Source: Oikopleura dioica (taxonomy: Eukaryota; Animalia; Chordata). From it: 64,000 nt of DNA. Location of the stretch: assembly GCA_907165135.1 (NCBI GenBank), contig OU015568.1:13144001-13208000 (forward strand), given 5' to 3'. The position numbers and the translations under genes are program-made. The notes under the pieces are model-generated. The model was not told the origin of the DNA and made no database searches. It was given only the letters and a program-made list of their open reading frames with translations. Shown here piece by piece: positions 1-12,850 of the stretch. How positions within the stretch are numbered: the first letter of the stretch is position 1; each line of letters starts with the position of its first letter.

Positions 1-1219
1 ATTCCTCCAACTCAAGTGCAAAAAAAGTCGATTTTCCCACTGGCGCAACCCCAGGCATGATGAGTAGAACGATATTGATGAGAACGCAAAACTGAATCGT
101 TGCGTTTAGAGTTGGTAGCCATTCGAATAAGATGCGCTGCGTTGTCGATCCTCCGTCCACTATTTTTTCGATCTTTTTGTTTGCTGCTTCTTCTTTTTTT
201 ACTTCGTTTAGGCCGATTGTCATTCTTCGAAGGTGACTTACAGAGGTTCAAAATGACATGAATGATTGTTTCTTATCTTAGTATGATATCCTCGAAAATC
301 TTGAAAAATTCATGTATATAACTTATATAATATAAGGAAACATAATGAAACTGATTTGATAAAAATGCTTTGGAACCTAAAATATGTGCCTCCTGATCTA
401 AGGTCATTCGCCGAGAAGCTGTTCCAAATGCAGAAGCTCGTTGACTTGACCTGATTGATATGTTGGTGCTCCGTCTTCTATCTGCGAGCTGTTGCTGCTC
501 ATAATTCTAGCGCGAAATCAACACATAAGGAAAAATCTCTGAGTCTTACCAAGCCTCCGAACACGTTTTTGACCATTTACACGTTCTTTCTTGCGGAATT
601 TACGTGTAAGAAAGAAAATGCTAATTTTCATAAACATTTCTTACGATCTAGAGACTGGTTCTCGAGACGAGCCGTAATGTTCTGAGTGATTTTTCGATGT
701 TGATAATTACTGACTAAAGTGATGAATGCATATTTGTGCCTTAAATTTGCTACTATGAAATAACAGCTTGATTTCGCCCGGGGGCGATTTTCGACCGCGG
801 TGGAGGTGCCCGGTACGCTCGACCCTGGTTGAAAAAAACTAACAAATTCCATATGGATTTTCTTCTTGAGCAGCCATGGGGGCTGATAGCCTTCGCAGAG
901 TTTATCCTCGTCCTTCTGTCAACTTACATGATTCTGCCGATGTATCTTCGAGTGTCGAACACCTTTTACGGCGCCTTTTATAGAGAGATGATAGCAGGTA
1001 CTTTTCTCACAAACATCATTATATTTTACACTTTATTGTCTCATTTCAATCCACATCTGTGTTTCTCACAAGATCATACCACCTAGGGAGTTCATCTTGC
1101 AATATTGTCGAACTAATCTGACCCAGCATAATTTATATACACGTAATCGTTCATTTTTTCTTCATAAGAATACGCTAGAACAAAAGATTACCGACTAAAA
1201 CTTAAAATAAGATGACGAG

Positions 1220-1935
1220 ATGAACGATCAAGACGATGCCAACATTCTAATTCATTCCAACTCCAGAATCTCCTGCTTCGTCCAATCCTTCTTTGTGACA
1301 GTCGGCGCCTACTATCTCTGGTGGGTTGGTGCGCTCAATCTCTACGAGCCGGCACAAACTGGAAACGATCTCGTGAAACTTCTTCTTGCCGTGCATCTTG
1401 GACACACGGGCACGGAGTTCGTAAACGTTTACATCAAATCAGATTGGAAACAAAGAAACTATGACTTCTTCACTAACTACCACATGTACATCAAAATCAT
1501 TAAATGTTTATGCTTCATTGATGCTTTGGTAAGATATCATTTCGAGGCAAAAGAACGACGTTTAAGTTTAGAAAACTGCGAATTATGGGCTTATTCTCGC
1601 CTGGCGATTGATGATGGAGCTTCAAACCTTCTGGGAATGCCCTCTGTAAGTCCCGTATTTTATTGCCCTCAATTTAGTCAAAAATTTTCAGCTATTTCTA
1701 CTCCACTGCCTACTGCATGTTCGAAGATGACATTTTCAGCACAATAAGCACCTTCGCTTTCATGGGCTCAATCGTTCTTGGAGCTATCACTAGAATTTGG
1801 TTCTGGTGGTGCTTTTTCGGATTCTTCCCCGCACTCGATATTGGATTTTATTCCAGCTCGCTACTTTTCCTTAACTGTTTCCTTCTTGATGGATGTTTCT
1901 TTGCACGCGTTGTGGCCACCCAGTTGGGTGAGTAG
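1220..1935 (+). CDS. Multi-pass membrane protein, possibly TLC (TRAM/LAG1/CLN8)-domain; spliced, exon bounds approximate
   Basis: Hydrophobic ORF segments 1220-1747 and 1717-1935 with GTAAG donors near 1528 and 1645; motifs LLAVHLGH and RLMMELQTFW resemble TLC helices. Confidence 0.35.
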
Positions 1936-2087
1936 ATATTCCTGAGTTCAGGCAAAGCAATTTCTGTACTTAGAGAAAATATAGCCCCAACCAATTCAAT
2001 ACATGATTTTCAAATTATCTGTCCGTTCTTTATTTCTAAGCATCGGTTTTTCAATTTTTCTAGGACGCTACAATTCATCATGTTCTT

Positions 2088-3250
2088 CTAGCCATTGAAG
2101 TTTTTTCGTGCGGCCTTAATAAATTTGTCAATTTTAAAGTCCAAAGAAAAGCAATTATTATCTACCTTTAAAACTTCCTTGTCCGAAGCTTTCTGAATGC
2201 AGGCCCAAAGTTTGTCCTCGTCAATGTTTTTATGTTCAATAAAAGGCTTGACCAACTCAACAGGTCCATTTTTACAGGCTTCTAAGAATGGAGTTTGACC
2301 ATTTTTCGCATTGAATCTCCAGTGATGCAGGTCTAAGCCAAACTCTTCGAATACTTCGACGACTTCGACGTGTTTACGCTGGCAAGCTCCGAGCAGAGGA
2401 GAAACAGTGTGCTCGTTTCGTATGAAAAAGTCCGCGCCAAGTTCAAGCAGAAGTTTGACAGATTTTGGTTTACCCATTATAGATGCGTAGAAAAGCGGGG
2501 TAAGGCCAGGTGTTGCATCATCGATGGCGTGCCCTTCGTTGAAGTATTCTAATGATAAAGGTAAACAATCATCTGGCTGAATTATCGGAGCGAGAAGTAA
2601 GTAAAACTGGTGGAGCTCAGCCCGTATCGTCTATTCGCCATTTGCGAAACGTTATAGTCTCCCAACTTATCTCCGAGTACAGTATCTTTGCGCTTACTTT
2701 TGATCATCTCCAGATCCTCCAACTCGGTGTATTTGAACAGTGCGTTCTTTGACGTTTGAATGTTGAATATCATTCGTTCTCTCTGAGATGCCTGGCCGTT
2801 GCCTGTCACAAAATTCATTGCTAAGAAATATAAGACCTTCATTTTTTGAAATCTCACTATATTATTATGACCGGCTTGTTGGAATTGTCCGATAATTGGT
2901 GAGCAGTGCTCAAAAATGCCTTGGGGGATTAAGTCATCCTTGGCTTCCTGCTTGGTAATGCTATGATCAGGGTGAACTTTTTGATTCACAGATTTGAAAC
3001 TGTATCCATGCTCGTCACGTGAAACAGAATAATTTGCTTGAAAAGAAGAAGTTCTTGCTCTCTTCCTTTAGATTATGCCCTGAGCCGTCTTAATAACGTT
3101 CTTTGAAGGTGATACTTGCTCAATGGCATTATTGACACTAGGCGCTCTGGTGAAAATCAACCCAAGAAAAACAAATTGCTTAGCGCAAAGTATTTCTAAT
3201 GATGTAAAAGGTGATGAATATTCTCGCGACTGGACATCGAAGACACCTTT
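2088..3250 (-). CDS. Ankyrin-repeat protein (spliced; 5' extent uncertain)
   Basis: Minus-strand ORF 2088-2477 contains ankyrin consensus repeats: (GLTPLFYASIM)GKPKSVKLLLELGAD, SPLLGACQRKHVEVVEVF, GQTPFLEACKNGPVELVK. Confidence 0.65.
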
Positions 3251-4110
3251 CACAGAAAGCGCAGGATAATCGCTCCCTTTCGAGTGAAAGTCTGTTTCAA
3301 GTCTTGCAGGTCAGAGGGTGTGTCCGAATAGGCTACTAAGAAGAGCGATCCGATAATTTAACAACTCTGCCATAGACTGCTTATATCTTCTGGAATATAA
3401 TTTGACTACACGTCAATTATCGTCAAGATTATTTATAATAAGATCGTCTATAAAATCTATGCGGCTTTTTTATTTTTGCTTTTATTTAATTATGACGTCC
3501 GAAGCCAATTTAGTTTAATATTTATTTTATTGTCGCGAACTTTTTATGTGGCTTTTCTCCTAGAAGAATTATCTGATTTCCGTCGTGCTCACAGAAGCAG
3601 GATCCAAGGTCGTCGCCTAAAACGTAAATAAAAAATGACGGATGATGCGTTTTCTGGATAGAGTCGAGGAGACGTTTTTTACTTTTGATTGCCGAAGAAA
3701 AGACTTACCTCTTGTTGCTTTTGAATGTGTCTTGTTATGAAGTTTTCCCCACCCATGATGAGGATCAAAAAGATGATGAAAAACGGTACAAGCAAGAAAG
3801 GAACCACCTTCCACAAATGCTTTCGGTAGCATTTTTCGTCTTCTGCCGTTTCCTGGTAATAGTATGCACCTGAATATATGGTAATAATACGTTTACAAAT
3901 TAAATGTCTTGTAAATTTATCAAAAATGATGATCAGATTGATGATGAACATCTCAATTGTAGATTCTCAAAAATATTCTTACTTGGGCCGACTAAGGATG
4001 AGTGACCGCTGAAAATGCTCTGTCTTCTCTTTTGCTCCGGTACATTGACACTCGTATAAGATCCTTTTCGATTAACTCTCATTTCGAAGAAAATTCAATG
4101 TTCGGGTTTA

Positions 4111-4377
4111 GAATCTAGGACAAGGGATTAGCAGGCCGCTAAAAATAGAACGCGGCAGCGGAGCCTAGTCAACGGCAGCAGAGACTCCCAGGAAACGGCG
4201 GAAGGTGTCACAGGCGCGCGAGAGCATCTAGATTCAAGCGGGTGCCCCGAAATCACGCAGGTTCATTCCAAAAGGTTATAGCTTGAGGCTAAAACCTTAA
4301 ATTGGGAAACTTATATTAGAGACTTTTTCTCAGCAGGAGCATTACCAATAAGACTCCTACCTGATTCAAAAAGACTC
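4111..4377 (+). repeat. Split direct repeat A1 (267 bp)
   Basis: Identical by eye to 18272-18538; begins GAATC and ends GACTC. Confidence 0.97.
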
Positions 4378-4692
4378 TAAGGTAGACCATCAATCGATAC
4401 TACCGCTTATTTCACCTAAAGTCCAAGGACTATAAAAAAAAAAAAGGGGGAATTCCCTTCTTCAGAATCTAGAAGCGTATTCGGCCTCTTTGACTCACCT
4501 CTCAGAGCACGGGTTTCCTTCGAAATCGTCGAACGCTAAACCGACCCACCTTGGCTCCGCCAATCAGGTGCGCCGCGATTATTTCTTAAAAAAAAAAGAG
4601 ATTCAAACTGCGAGGAAAAAGAGAAATGAGCCGTTTCACTGCCGTTCCAGAATCCTTGACTCTCTCATCTTTTAAAACTCCCTTTTCAGACC

Positions 4693-7600
4693 ATGATCGA
4701 GAAAGCTTTCCTCGAGGCAGCCGAGGATTTTGCCCCGAAATGGGGAATAGCCCTGGATTCTGACCCGTCCAAGCCATTGGAAAATTCTGAAAGGAGAATC
4801 CAGACTCTGAACGAGACTGTGACCAGGAAAGGATCTTAAGCTCTCTCAGATTCTTAACTTCTGAAATCTTTTAATATGAAGAGAGTCTTATCCATCAAAA
4901 GAAATTCCCTGCTGCTTTCGAGTCAGGTGAACTGGAAAAGAATCTCACGCACATCCACAGCGAAGCCAAAGATTCAAACAAGGCTGATCAGACTCTACGT
5001 CCCGGCGGACGCGAATGAGCCACTCTCCAACCACAGGCTGGCCTTTGATCTTCAAGCCCCTTCAAAAGCGAAATTCAATTTCGCGGAGCTAGCATCCTGG
5101 ACAAAAATCATCTTCACTTCACCCATGGGTAAAGAGTCACTTTGGGCAGCGAACCCGCGCAACGAGCCCAGCTTCACTCTCGAGCAAATTGCTGAAGAAA
5201 TAGCTGAAGCAGAAAATGACTCCCCCGAAGATTGGAGCCTAGAGTCGAAGCCATTTCCCTTCAAACCGCTGCTCAGCCCAACAAAACTCCTGAAAAAAGA
5301 TGCCTCAGGCATGAGCGTAGAACCAAGCGTCAACATTACCGACTCAGAGACATTGGAGGAACTCCTGAAAGCCCTGAACATAGAGAAAGGCCCGTTAAGA
5401 ATCTTGGCCCGACGAGGAGACACACCAGCTTCAAAAGCCGCCCCAAAGCCTGACGAGAAGGGCAAACTCTATCCCACCAATGTGATGGAAGAATTTTCAA
5501 AATGGAACAAGCTGGTGAGCCAAGACTGGTTCCAAGCATGGGAAGACTCTGAAAACCAGAATGTTCTCAACAAGGGTTTCTGGCACCATGTCTGTCTCCG
5601 AGTAATCATGGAGGACAAAATCAAGGCTCAAGCAAATTACGAAAGACCTGAATTCCCGGATGAACACTGGCTCCAGAGACTCTTAAAAAAGGGACTGGAA
5701 GAAATCTTCAACGGACTCAGTTGCACAGAAGCAGACGCAAACCCGGCGGAGTTCTTTGACTCACTCAAACAAATGGAAGCGATCAACAGCGACTGGCGCG
5801 AGATCTGCCACCAGGAGAACGCCTGGTTGACTCTCAAGAAATACGGTGAAACGAAATGGGCAAGAAAGGAACCAGCAAATAAAAACAGCTGGATTCTGGA
5901 TGTTATTGGTGAATTCAGACTCGAAGACTCCGAACAACCGGTTCAGACTCCATTATCAAAAACCCTCACGCCACTAGTACTTCACCTAGCTCACCGACAG
6001 ATCTCAGAAGACTCAGTCATAAGCCAAGACGGAAGCTGCGAGATTATGCTGACTCAGTGGCACATAGAATGGCTCGAGCTCAAAAACAAGAAATCGCTGA
6101 AAAAATGGATTGAAGCAGCAGCAAGAAAGGTTGTCCCCATCAACACAACCGCCAGAATCAAAGAAATTGGGGAAGGGGATTCACATTGGATAATGTGGAT
6201 TCCATACAAGGTGATTCCGCAACTGTGGGTCTTCAATATTGGGAAAGATCAAATGCATCGAAGGGAGAAATCATTGCTCTCACTAGCAGCTCACCCAGGA
6301 CTCGCTCCGGAAGAATCAGAAGCGCTAAAGACTCTATCAGCCCAACCATGGACCGAAGAGAACGTCCGGAAATGCATCAGACAATTCCAAAAGCCCACCA
6401 GAAATTTCTACGCGTCAGGAAAAGCCTGCATTGTGGGAGTCAACCGCCCCTTCTCGACTCAAAAGGACATTCTCGAAATCATCGGGAAAATAGTCAGAGA
6501 CACAAAAGCTTGCCCTCAGTCCCGCTCAATAGAGCACAACCTCGGAGTCCTGACAGCTGGATGGAACTGGACAAGTGGCAAAAGATTCAGCCCAAACTCG
6601 ATTTTAAGATGCTTCATAGACAAATGGACTCAAAAGAGAGAAGAGATTTCCAAAGTGCCAAGACTCCAATTCCAGTGCGAAAAACTGGAAAAACGGAAAA
6701 GATCCTGCGAATGGCCGTTCTGCGGCGAAGCCGATGGAGATTCAGCCTGGTGCAGCAAACACCAGGAAGCACAGGAGATCAGAGAACTCAGACAGCCTCA
6801 ATGCACGGAAAGCTGCATGTCCAGAAATGGGATGTTCCAAAAAGGACTCTCAGGAAAGCGTCTCGAGATCGGAATCTCCAGCGACGAGTGGCAACAAATC
6901 TATGTCAGACTCTCAGAAGCCTTCAAAACCCCTAACCTAGCAGACCTTGACGCTGAGCTCATCCAAACCATCCAGAACACCACTGTTCACGGTTTTGACT
7001 CAGTAATAGAAGCATGGACATCGACAACGATCCTCTTCCAAGGGCAGAACGACTCCACAGCAAGCTTCAGAAAGCTCGAGGACTCCGAGAAATGGATAGC
7101 GAAAAGGCCACGTCAGGAGAAGCCAGAAGCGGCGGGAATCGTCATTTACCACGCTGGCCTTGCAAGATGCGGCAAAAAGTTTGACGCTTTCGTGGTAGGA
7201 AACAAAACGGCCGGAAGGAATCAGCACTTGGAGAATCTAGCGAAAGAAATCTCCAAGAAATCAGGAGATAAATGGCTCGAAGTAGCAGAGCTGATCAGCG
7301 AGCACACAAGATTCAAACACACGACTCTGCTCCTACCTTCATACGAAGACGCAAAAGAACTCCGACGGGCCTTGGTCGCCTGGGCAGCACCGTATGTTCG
7401 ATTCGTTACTCAGACTCTGGAAAAGGGCTTCTTATCGAACCTCAAAGGAGACCGAAATCAACGATATTCAGGATTCTGGGAAGTCTTCTCAATGGCTTGC
7501 GATGGAGACTATGAATCTAGAATCACACCTTGTTGGGGCCACCCAAGAGTGGCAGAATTCATGGCCAGAAGCTGCAACAACCTTGGGACAGCGAAAGAAG

Positions 7601-7872
7601 GAATCCAGAAAGTGGAAGGACTCAGAATCAGAGCCAACAGAACAACTTGGGAAGACGCGGAGTCAAAAAGACACAAACTAATGCCAAATACCCCTTTCTC
7701 GACTCACCTCCGGGACATCTTGCTGGACGGAATCAGAGCCGGAGAAAACCTCGACATGGAAGGGAACGAACGAGCCGGAGCAGAAAATTTCTTCCCCAAC
7801 GTCTGGACTCAAACACAACAGACTCTCGAAGATCGGATGGCACGACTAGAGCTCCTTAAAGCCGACAACTAG
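4693..7872 (+). CDS. Element gene A: ~1000 aa orphan protein with a Cys/His cluster
   Basis: Uninterrupted 998-codon ORF 4876-7872; probable short first exon from ATG 4693 (preceded by TTTTCAG|ACC), junction unresolved; motif CEWPFC-x9-CSKH; AATAAA near 7920. Confidence 0.8.
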
Positions 7873-8519
7873 ATTCAAATTCAGGAACGGACTCAAAGAT
7901 AAAATACTTTTAGCGTCAAAATAAATAAAAAATTGAGTCAAATTAGCCACCCCAGCCAAAACACTAGAATCAAGGAACAGGTTTACATGAATCTACCGAT
8001 TAAGGCAGCTGAGCGAGCCAAATTAAAAAAAAAGAAGAGAAAAATCTTATTGTAAACCTTCAAAAACAGCCAAAAACCCTTCCTCCTCTTCTTCTGACTC
8101 CCTACTGCCATCTTCTGGAATCCACAAAACGCACAAAAAGAATCCATTCCAGGCCAGGTCCAAGATATTTAAGCATAAAGAGTCAAAATAGCATTTTAAA
8201 ACAAGATCCGGGACCGTGGGAAAGTCTTTCCGCGACCCGAGAATCGGGGGCGCTGATTGGCTGGCGCGCGCGCCAATGGACAAAGGACGGGATCAAAAGC
8301 CAAATTCTCAGAAATTTTTCCATTTTCAAAGAATCAAGGATTAAAATCCCAAGAAAAAGAGAATCTCAGACGCAAAAGAAGCCAAACCAAAAAGAAAAAT
8401 TTAGCTTTTATTCCTGACTCGAAAATTGTTTCTAGATTCCCTTCCATCCCAAATTCTCCTGGCGCCAAAAATTTTTCCAATCCCCAGACTCTAAAACGAA
8501 ACTTTTTTCAGACTCAGAA

Positions 8520-11115
8520 ATGCCAAGAGACGCAGAAAAAGTCCAGATGCCCAGCGGGGATGAACTAGAGAGACTCCGAAACGAAGCTGGAATCGTCCAA
8601 GACCCCATCGGCGACGAAAACTTCTGGAGACAGAGAAAGTCGGCAATCAGATTCGACCCGGTGACGCAGAGACCGAACGAAAAGAAGGGCCGAATGCTCA
8701 ACCGGATGAGACGCAGAATCGCAGACAGATTCACGGATCTGCTGGAACAGATTCTCGAAGGAAAGGGTCCTCTTAATTTCCCAAGAATATTTAAAATAAA
8801 AGAAAAAGCTTTGATTAAAACTTCTTAAAGAAAAAGAAGGAAAAGAAATGACCCAAATTAAAGGATTCTCCGATCCAAACAGGCAGATGAGTCTCGACGG
8901 CTGGCAACTTGCGATCAACGGCGCTTCGAACGTTCTCTCGGATCTTATCCGAGAAGAAAACGGAAAGTTCAACGAAGACGACCAGAATCAGTCAGACGAG
9001 AGTCTTTTCTACGGATGCCTCAACACTGCCAAGACCACCATGGACATCCCACCGCTCCTCAACGTCGTCTACGTCGACAAAGACCGCCAGATTCCAGAAG
9101 GAAGACTCCCCGCCTACCAAGAGAGAGTTTCAGCTATCAAGGAATGGGTTCAAAAAATTCTAGAACTAAAAAACAAGAAACTTAGTACGCCTAATAAAAG
9201 GAAAGAAAAAGAACCCGAAATAAAGTCCAGAGCGGATTTCCTGTTCAGGAAAGATAGACTCCCAAAAAGAGGCGAAGACTCCCTCGAGTCCTGGAAGGAG
9301 AAGCGAAGAGATGAGTACATCAAAGACGGAGTTCCAGAGGACATCGCCAGAGTCCTGACCCGTCGAGACTCAGGAGTCATCGGTTGGACGTCGAGACGAG
9401 ATGGAACCTGCCAGACCGACAGTGTGGACGCTCAGCAGGCCAAGACTCAGCAGACTCAGACCAACTCAGGGACTGGTTTCGAAAACCCGAAACAGAAATA
9501 TAAGACTCAAATCAGTCAAAACTTGACTTCATAAATTCGGAAATCAAACCATTCAAAGACTCAAAAGACTCCGAGACTCAAACCGAGATGTCCAGCACCT
9601 CGATGGCGACCCAAACATCAGCGCCTGCGACGGAAACTGGAACAATTAGCGACACAGACTCAGAAGATTCTTTCAACGCACGCTCAGGAAAGGGTTTTTT
9701 GCCGGAAAAATAATCCCTTAAGACACTAACCCAGTTTTTTCACCATATATACAATAAGCCGGAAAAAACCTGAGAAAAGATCCAAACCAGTTCTTCCCTC
9801 CAGGCTACCAACGAAATGTGGCGCTGACGGATCAAGACTCCGGCTCCGACTCCGACGACCAAGCGATCAGAGAGTCCGACGACGAGGGAGACAACCAGGA
9901 CTGGAACCGACGCACCGATACCCTCTTCGCTTCAGCAGAAGAAGAGGCAGAGGCAAAAGAAAGAAGCGCGAGAATCGCCAAAGAAATGGAAGAACGCCAG
10001 GGCCAGCCACTGTCGGACATCATCGAGGAGTCTGAAAGCCGATCGCTGGAAAGAATGGCTCAGAAAGAAGAGGCGGAAGCTCAGCGACGAACTCAGAAGG
10101 CGCGCATCGACAGACTCAAGCAAGAAGCAGAGGCAGAAGCCCAGAGAGCAGCGGACAAAGCCAGAGCCAAAGAAGCCTTGAAGATCCAGATGAAGAGACA
10201 ACTGGACGAGAACACCAGAATCCGCCGGGAATACGCCGAGCAAATCCAGCGCGAAAAAGAGGCGAAAGAAGCTCAAGAAAGACGCATGGCTCGAGACAAG
10301 GAGGCAGAAGAAAAACGACTCGCTGCGATCAAGGCTGCAGAAGAAAAAGTCCTCACAGAGCCGAGAATTGGAATCAGACTCGTCGCGGAGACCGGAGCCA
10401 AAGGCAACTACTACTACCTCTCGAAGAAGGAATCCAAGCTGATGGAAAGATCCGCAGGAAAGGGCCCTTAGACTCAAAACAGTAGACTTCAAATCTAAAA
10501 ACTCTAAGAATCTTAATCCCAAACCAAAAAGAAAAAAGTCTTTTCTCACAAAACTTACATATCAGGGCCCCTTTAAAAGTTCGAGACATGCTCGACAACC
10601 GAAGCATCAGCAACTTCAACGAGGTCAAGCAAGCCTGGTTCAGCAGCACCGGACTCCAGAAGTTCAAAGACTCTCGACTCCCCGGCCACCGCCACTACAA
10701 ATACAACAACAGAAGCAGCTGGGAAATCAAGGAGGGAACCACGGAATGGAGACTCGACCCAATTGACTACCTCACCAAAGAAGAAAGAGCTGTCATCCAT
10801 TATGTGGTGGAGTTTTTAAACTATGAAGGAATCAAACGAAGATTCAAAGAAGCCATAGGTAAGACACACAAAATATAGAATCAAAAAAAAAGTAATAACC
10901 AGCAAAATAAGAGTCATAAAAACTTATGCAAATCTTTAGACTCTGGACTCCTCAAGCCAAAGAAGCTGGACGTCATCCTTCTCTTCGCGTACAAAATCTG
11001 TGGAAGTAACCTGGTCCACTACATGCGCTTCATCTTCGTCCGACTCTACAAGCTCCACGAGATTCCCATCCCTCCAGTGCACTCCGACGCTGCACCAAGA
11101 CCACCCAGATACTAG
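8520..11115 (+). CDS. Element gene B: ~702 aa, 6 exons, acidic linker plus E/A/K/R coiled coil, function unknown
   Basis: Exons 8520-8766, 8864-9475, 9559-9693, 9804-10463, 10580-10858, 10940-11115 join in frame (2109 nt); four GT-AG introns and one GC-AG intron. Confidence 0.7.
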
Positions 11116-11381
11116 AAGACTCAAGAATACAAACTGCCATGAAAAAAAAAAACCTCATTGATAAAAAACTGTTAAACTGACTCTTACTTCCCACTGAAAA
11201 AAAAAAGACTCTTTCACATTTTTAAATCAAAATTGACAGAAGCTGTGCTTAATAAATTAGCCCGATCTCACTAGAAGATCCTAGACTCTTTCTTGACTCC
11301 AAAATGAAGAGCATATTCAGAACCGTAAAAGAATAAATAATAAATACAAAGAAGCTTAAACTTTTTCGCTTTTCAGACGCA

Positions 11382-12850
11382 ATGGAATCGCAATATCTAA
11401 CACAAAAAGAAGCGCCTAATGCGCTAGAAATGCCATCGGATTCAGGGAGCGGCTACAAGAATCAATATTAAAATAAAAAGAAACTTAAAAAAGAGGCCAA
11501 AAAAGCCCTAAGCAGGCCTAAAAATCCTAAGCCAGTATAAAAGAGGATTCGAATGCGGAAGCACCCTCAGACGAACCATCCCAAGACTCATCCCCAGCAG
11601 CAGATGCAGGTGCAGCCGCGGGCGAAAACCCAGCGCAGATAGAACACTCAAGCGTCGACTTAGAGATGCTCAAAGGACTCGTCTGGGACATACAAAATAG
11701 TCTCAACACGAACGCAGCAGTCCCACCAAAAAGAATCCCATGCTACGGTTCGACTCTCGCCGAGAAATTGACGAATCTCGCAGCTGAAGCAACCAAGATC
11801 ATTGCAGAGTCACAGGAAGTGTCCAATAGCATCAGAAAGATTCTACAAGAAGCTGACAACGAGGGCCTCCAAGGGGCTCAAATGCTGGAAACCTTCCGCA
11901 CTATTGCCATACTGGCCCACAGCCCTTCGATCGGGATCAACCGCCGTCTAGCCTCAACCAACAAAGTCGACATAGAAAACATCCAAGACACGCTCGAACA
12001 CACAGTCAGACCCCTCGTCTCGGACCTTATGCGACAGGTTTACGAGAAAAGCGTCTATAACTCGGACGAAATCGCATTTTGGGCAAGAATGATGGAGCCA
12101 TTAGAAAGAGACTCGATCTCCAAACCGGATCTCCTCAAATTGGAAGAGGGTGTGGCATGGATTCTCCTAAGACTCTGGGGAGAGCCGGCGGAGGCCATCT
12201 TCAGAATGATTCTAGCGCAATGTAAGCCCCCAGAAGAATCGAACTCTCGGATATCGCCAAGACTCACAATGGTGGCCCACATTTGGAACTGCAGATTCAA
12301 GAAGATGCTCGGACGCCCGCCGGCGGAAAGACGAGCTTCTTTTGCAAACGAAAGGCAACTGTGTGCAACAATAGCGAATGCGATCTTCGGAGAAATCCAT
12401 TTCCAATTGACCAACACCAGATGCATCTTCCCAAGACTCCTCTCGAGTGCAGCCAGATCGGCCTGGACTCATTTGAACACAATCTTCGGGCCCGCGAACC
12501 CACTTAGCCTAACGCTCAGAAATTTTCTAACGAACATTGACGCGAATCAAGATTACACTGCGTGGGACGCGATTGGCACGCTGCGCAAACTATGGCCGCA
12601 TAGAGACGCAATTCCAGAGGCACAATACAAGACGCTGAACCTCAACGACATCGATAATCGGCTAGAAAAAGGACTCGAAGATCCGTCCTCACTCTACGGC
12701 ACCACGTACGAGAAGCTCTTCTGGAAAATTCCGATCCCAAGAAGCTATGAGTCTACCTACCCAGTCGCAGGACCCAAAAGAAAGAGACAAAAAACAGAAG
12801 ACGAAGAGCTGGAAGGAAATAGAGGCGGAAATGAAGATTCTCGCCAATAA
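11382..12850 (+). CDS. Element gene C: ~450 aa orphan ORF directly upstream of and in frame with pol
   Basis: ORF 11666-12850 is open upstream to ~11531; likely first exon from ATG 11382 (after TTTTCAG|AC), intron near 11450-11535 with an unresolved non-canonical donor. Confidence 0.7.
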
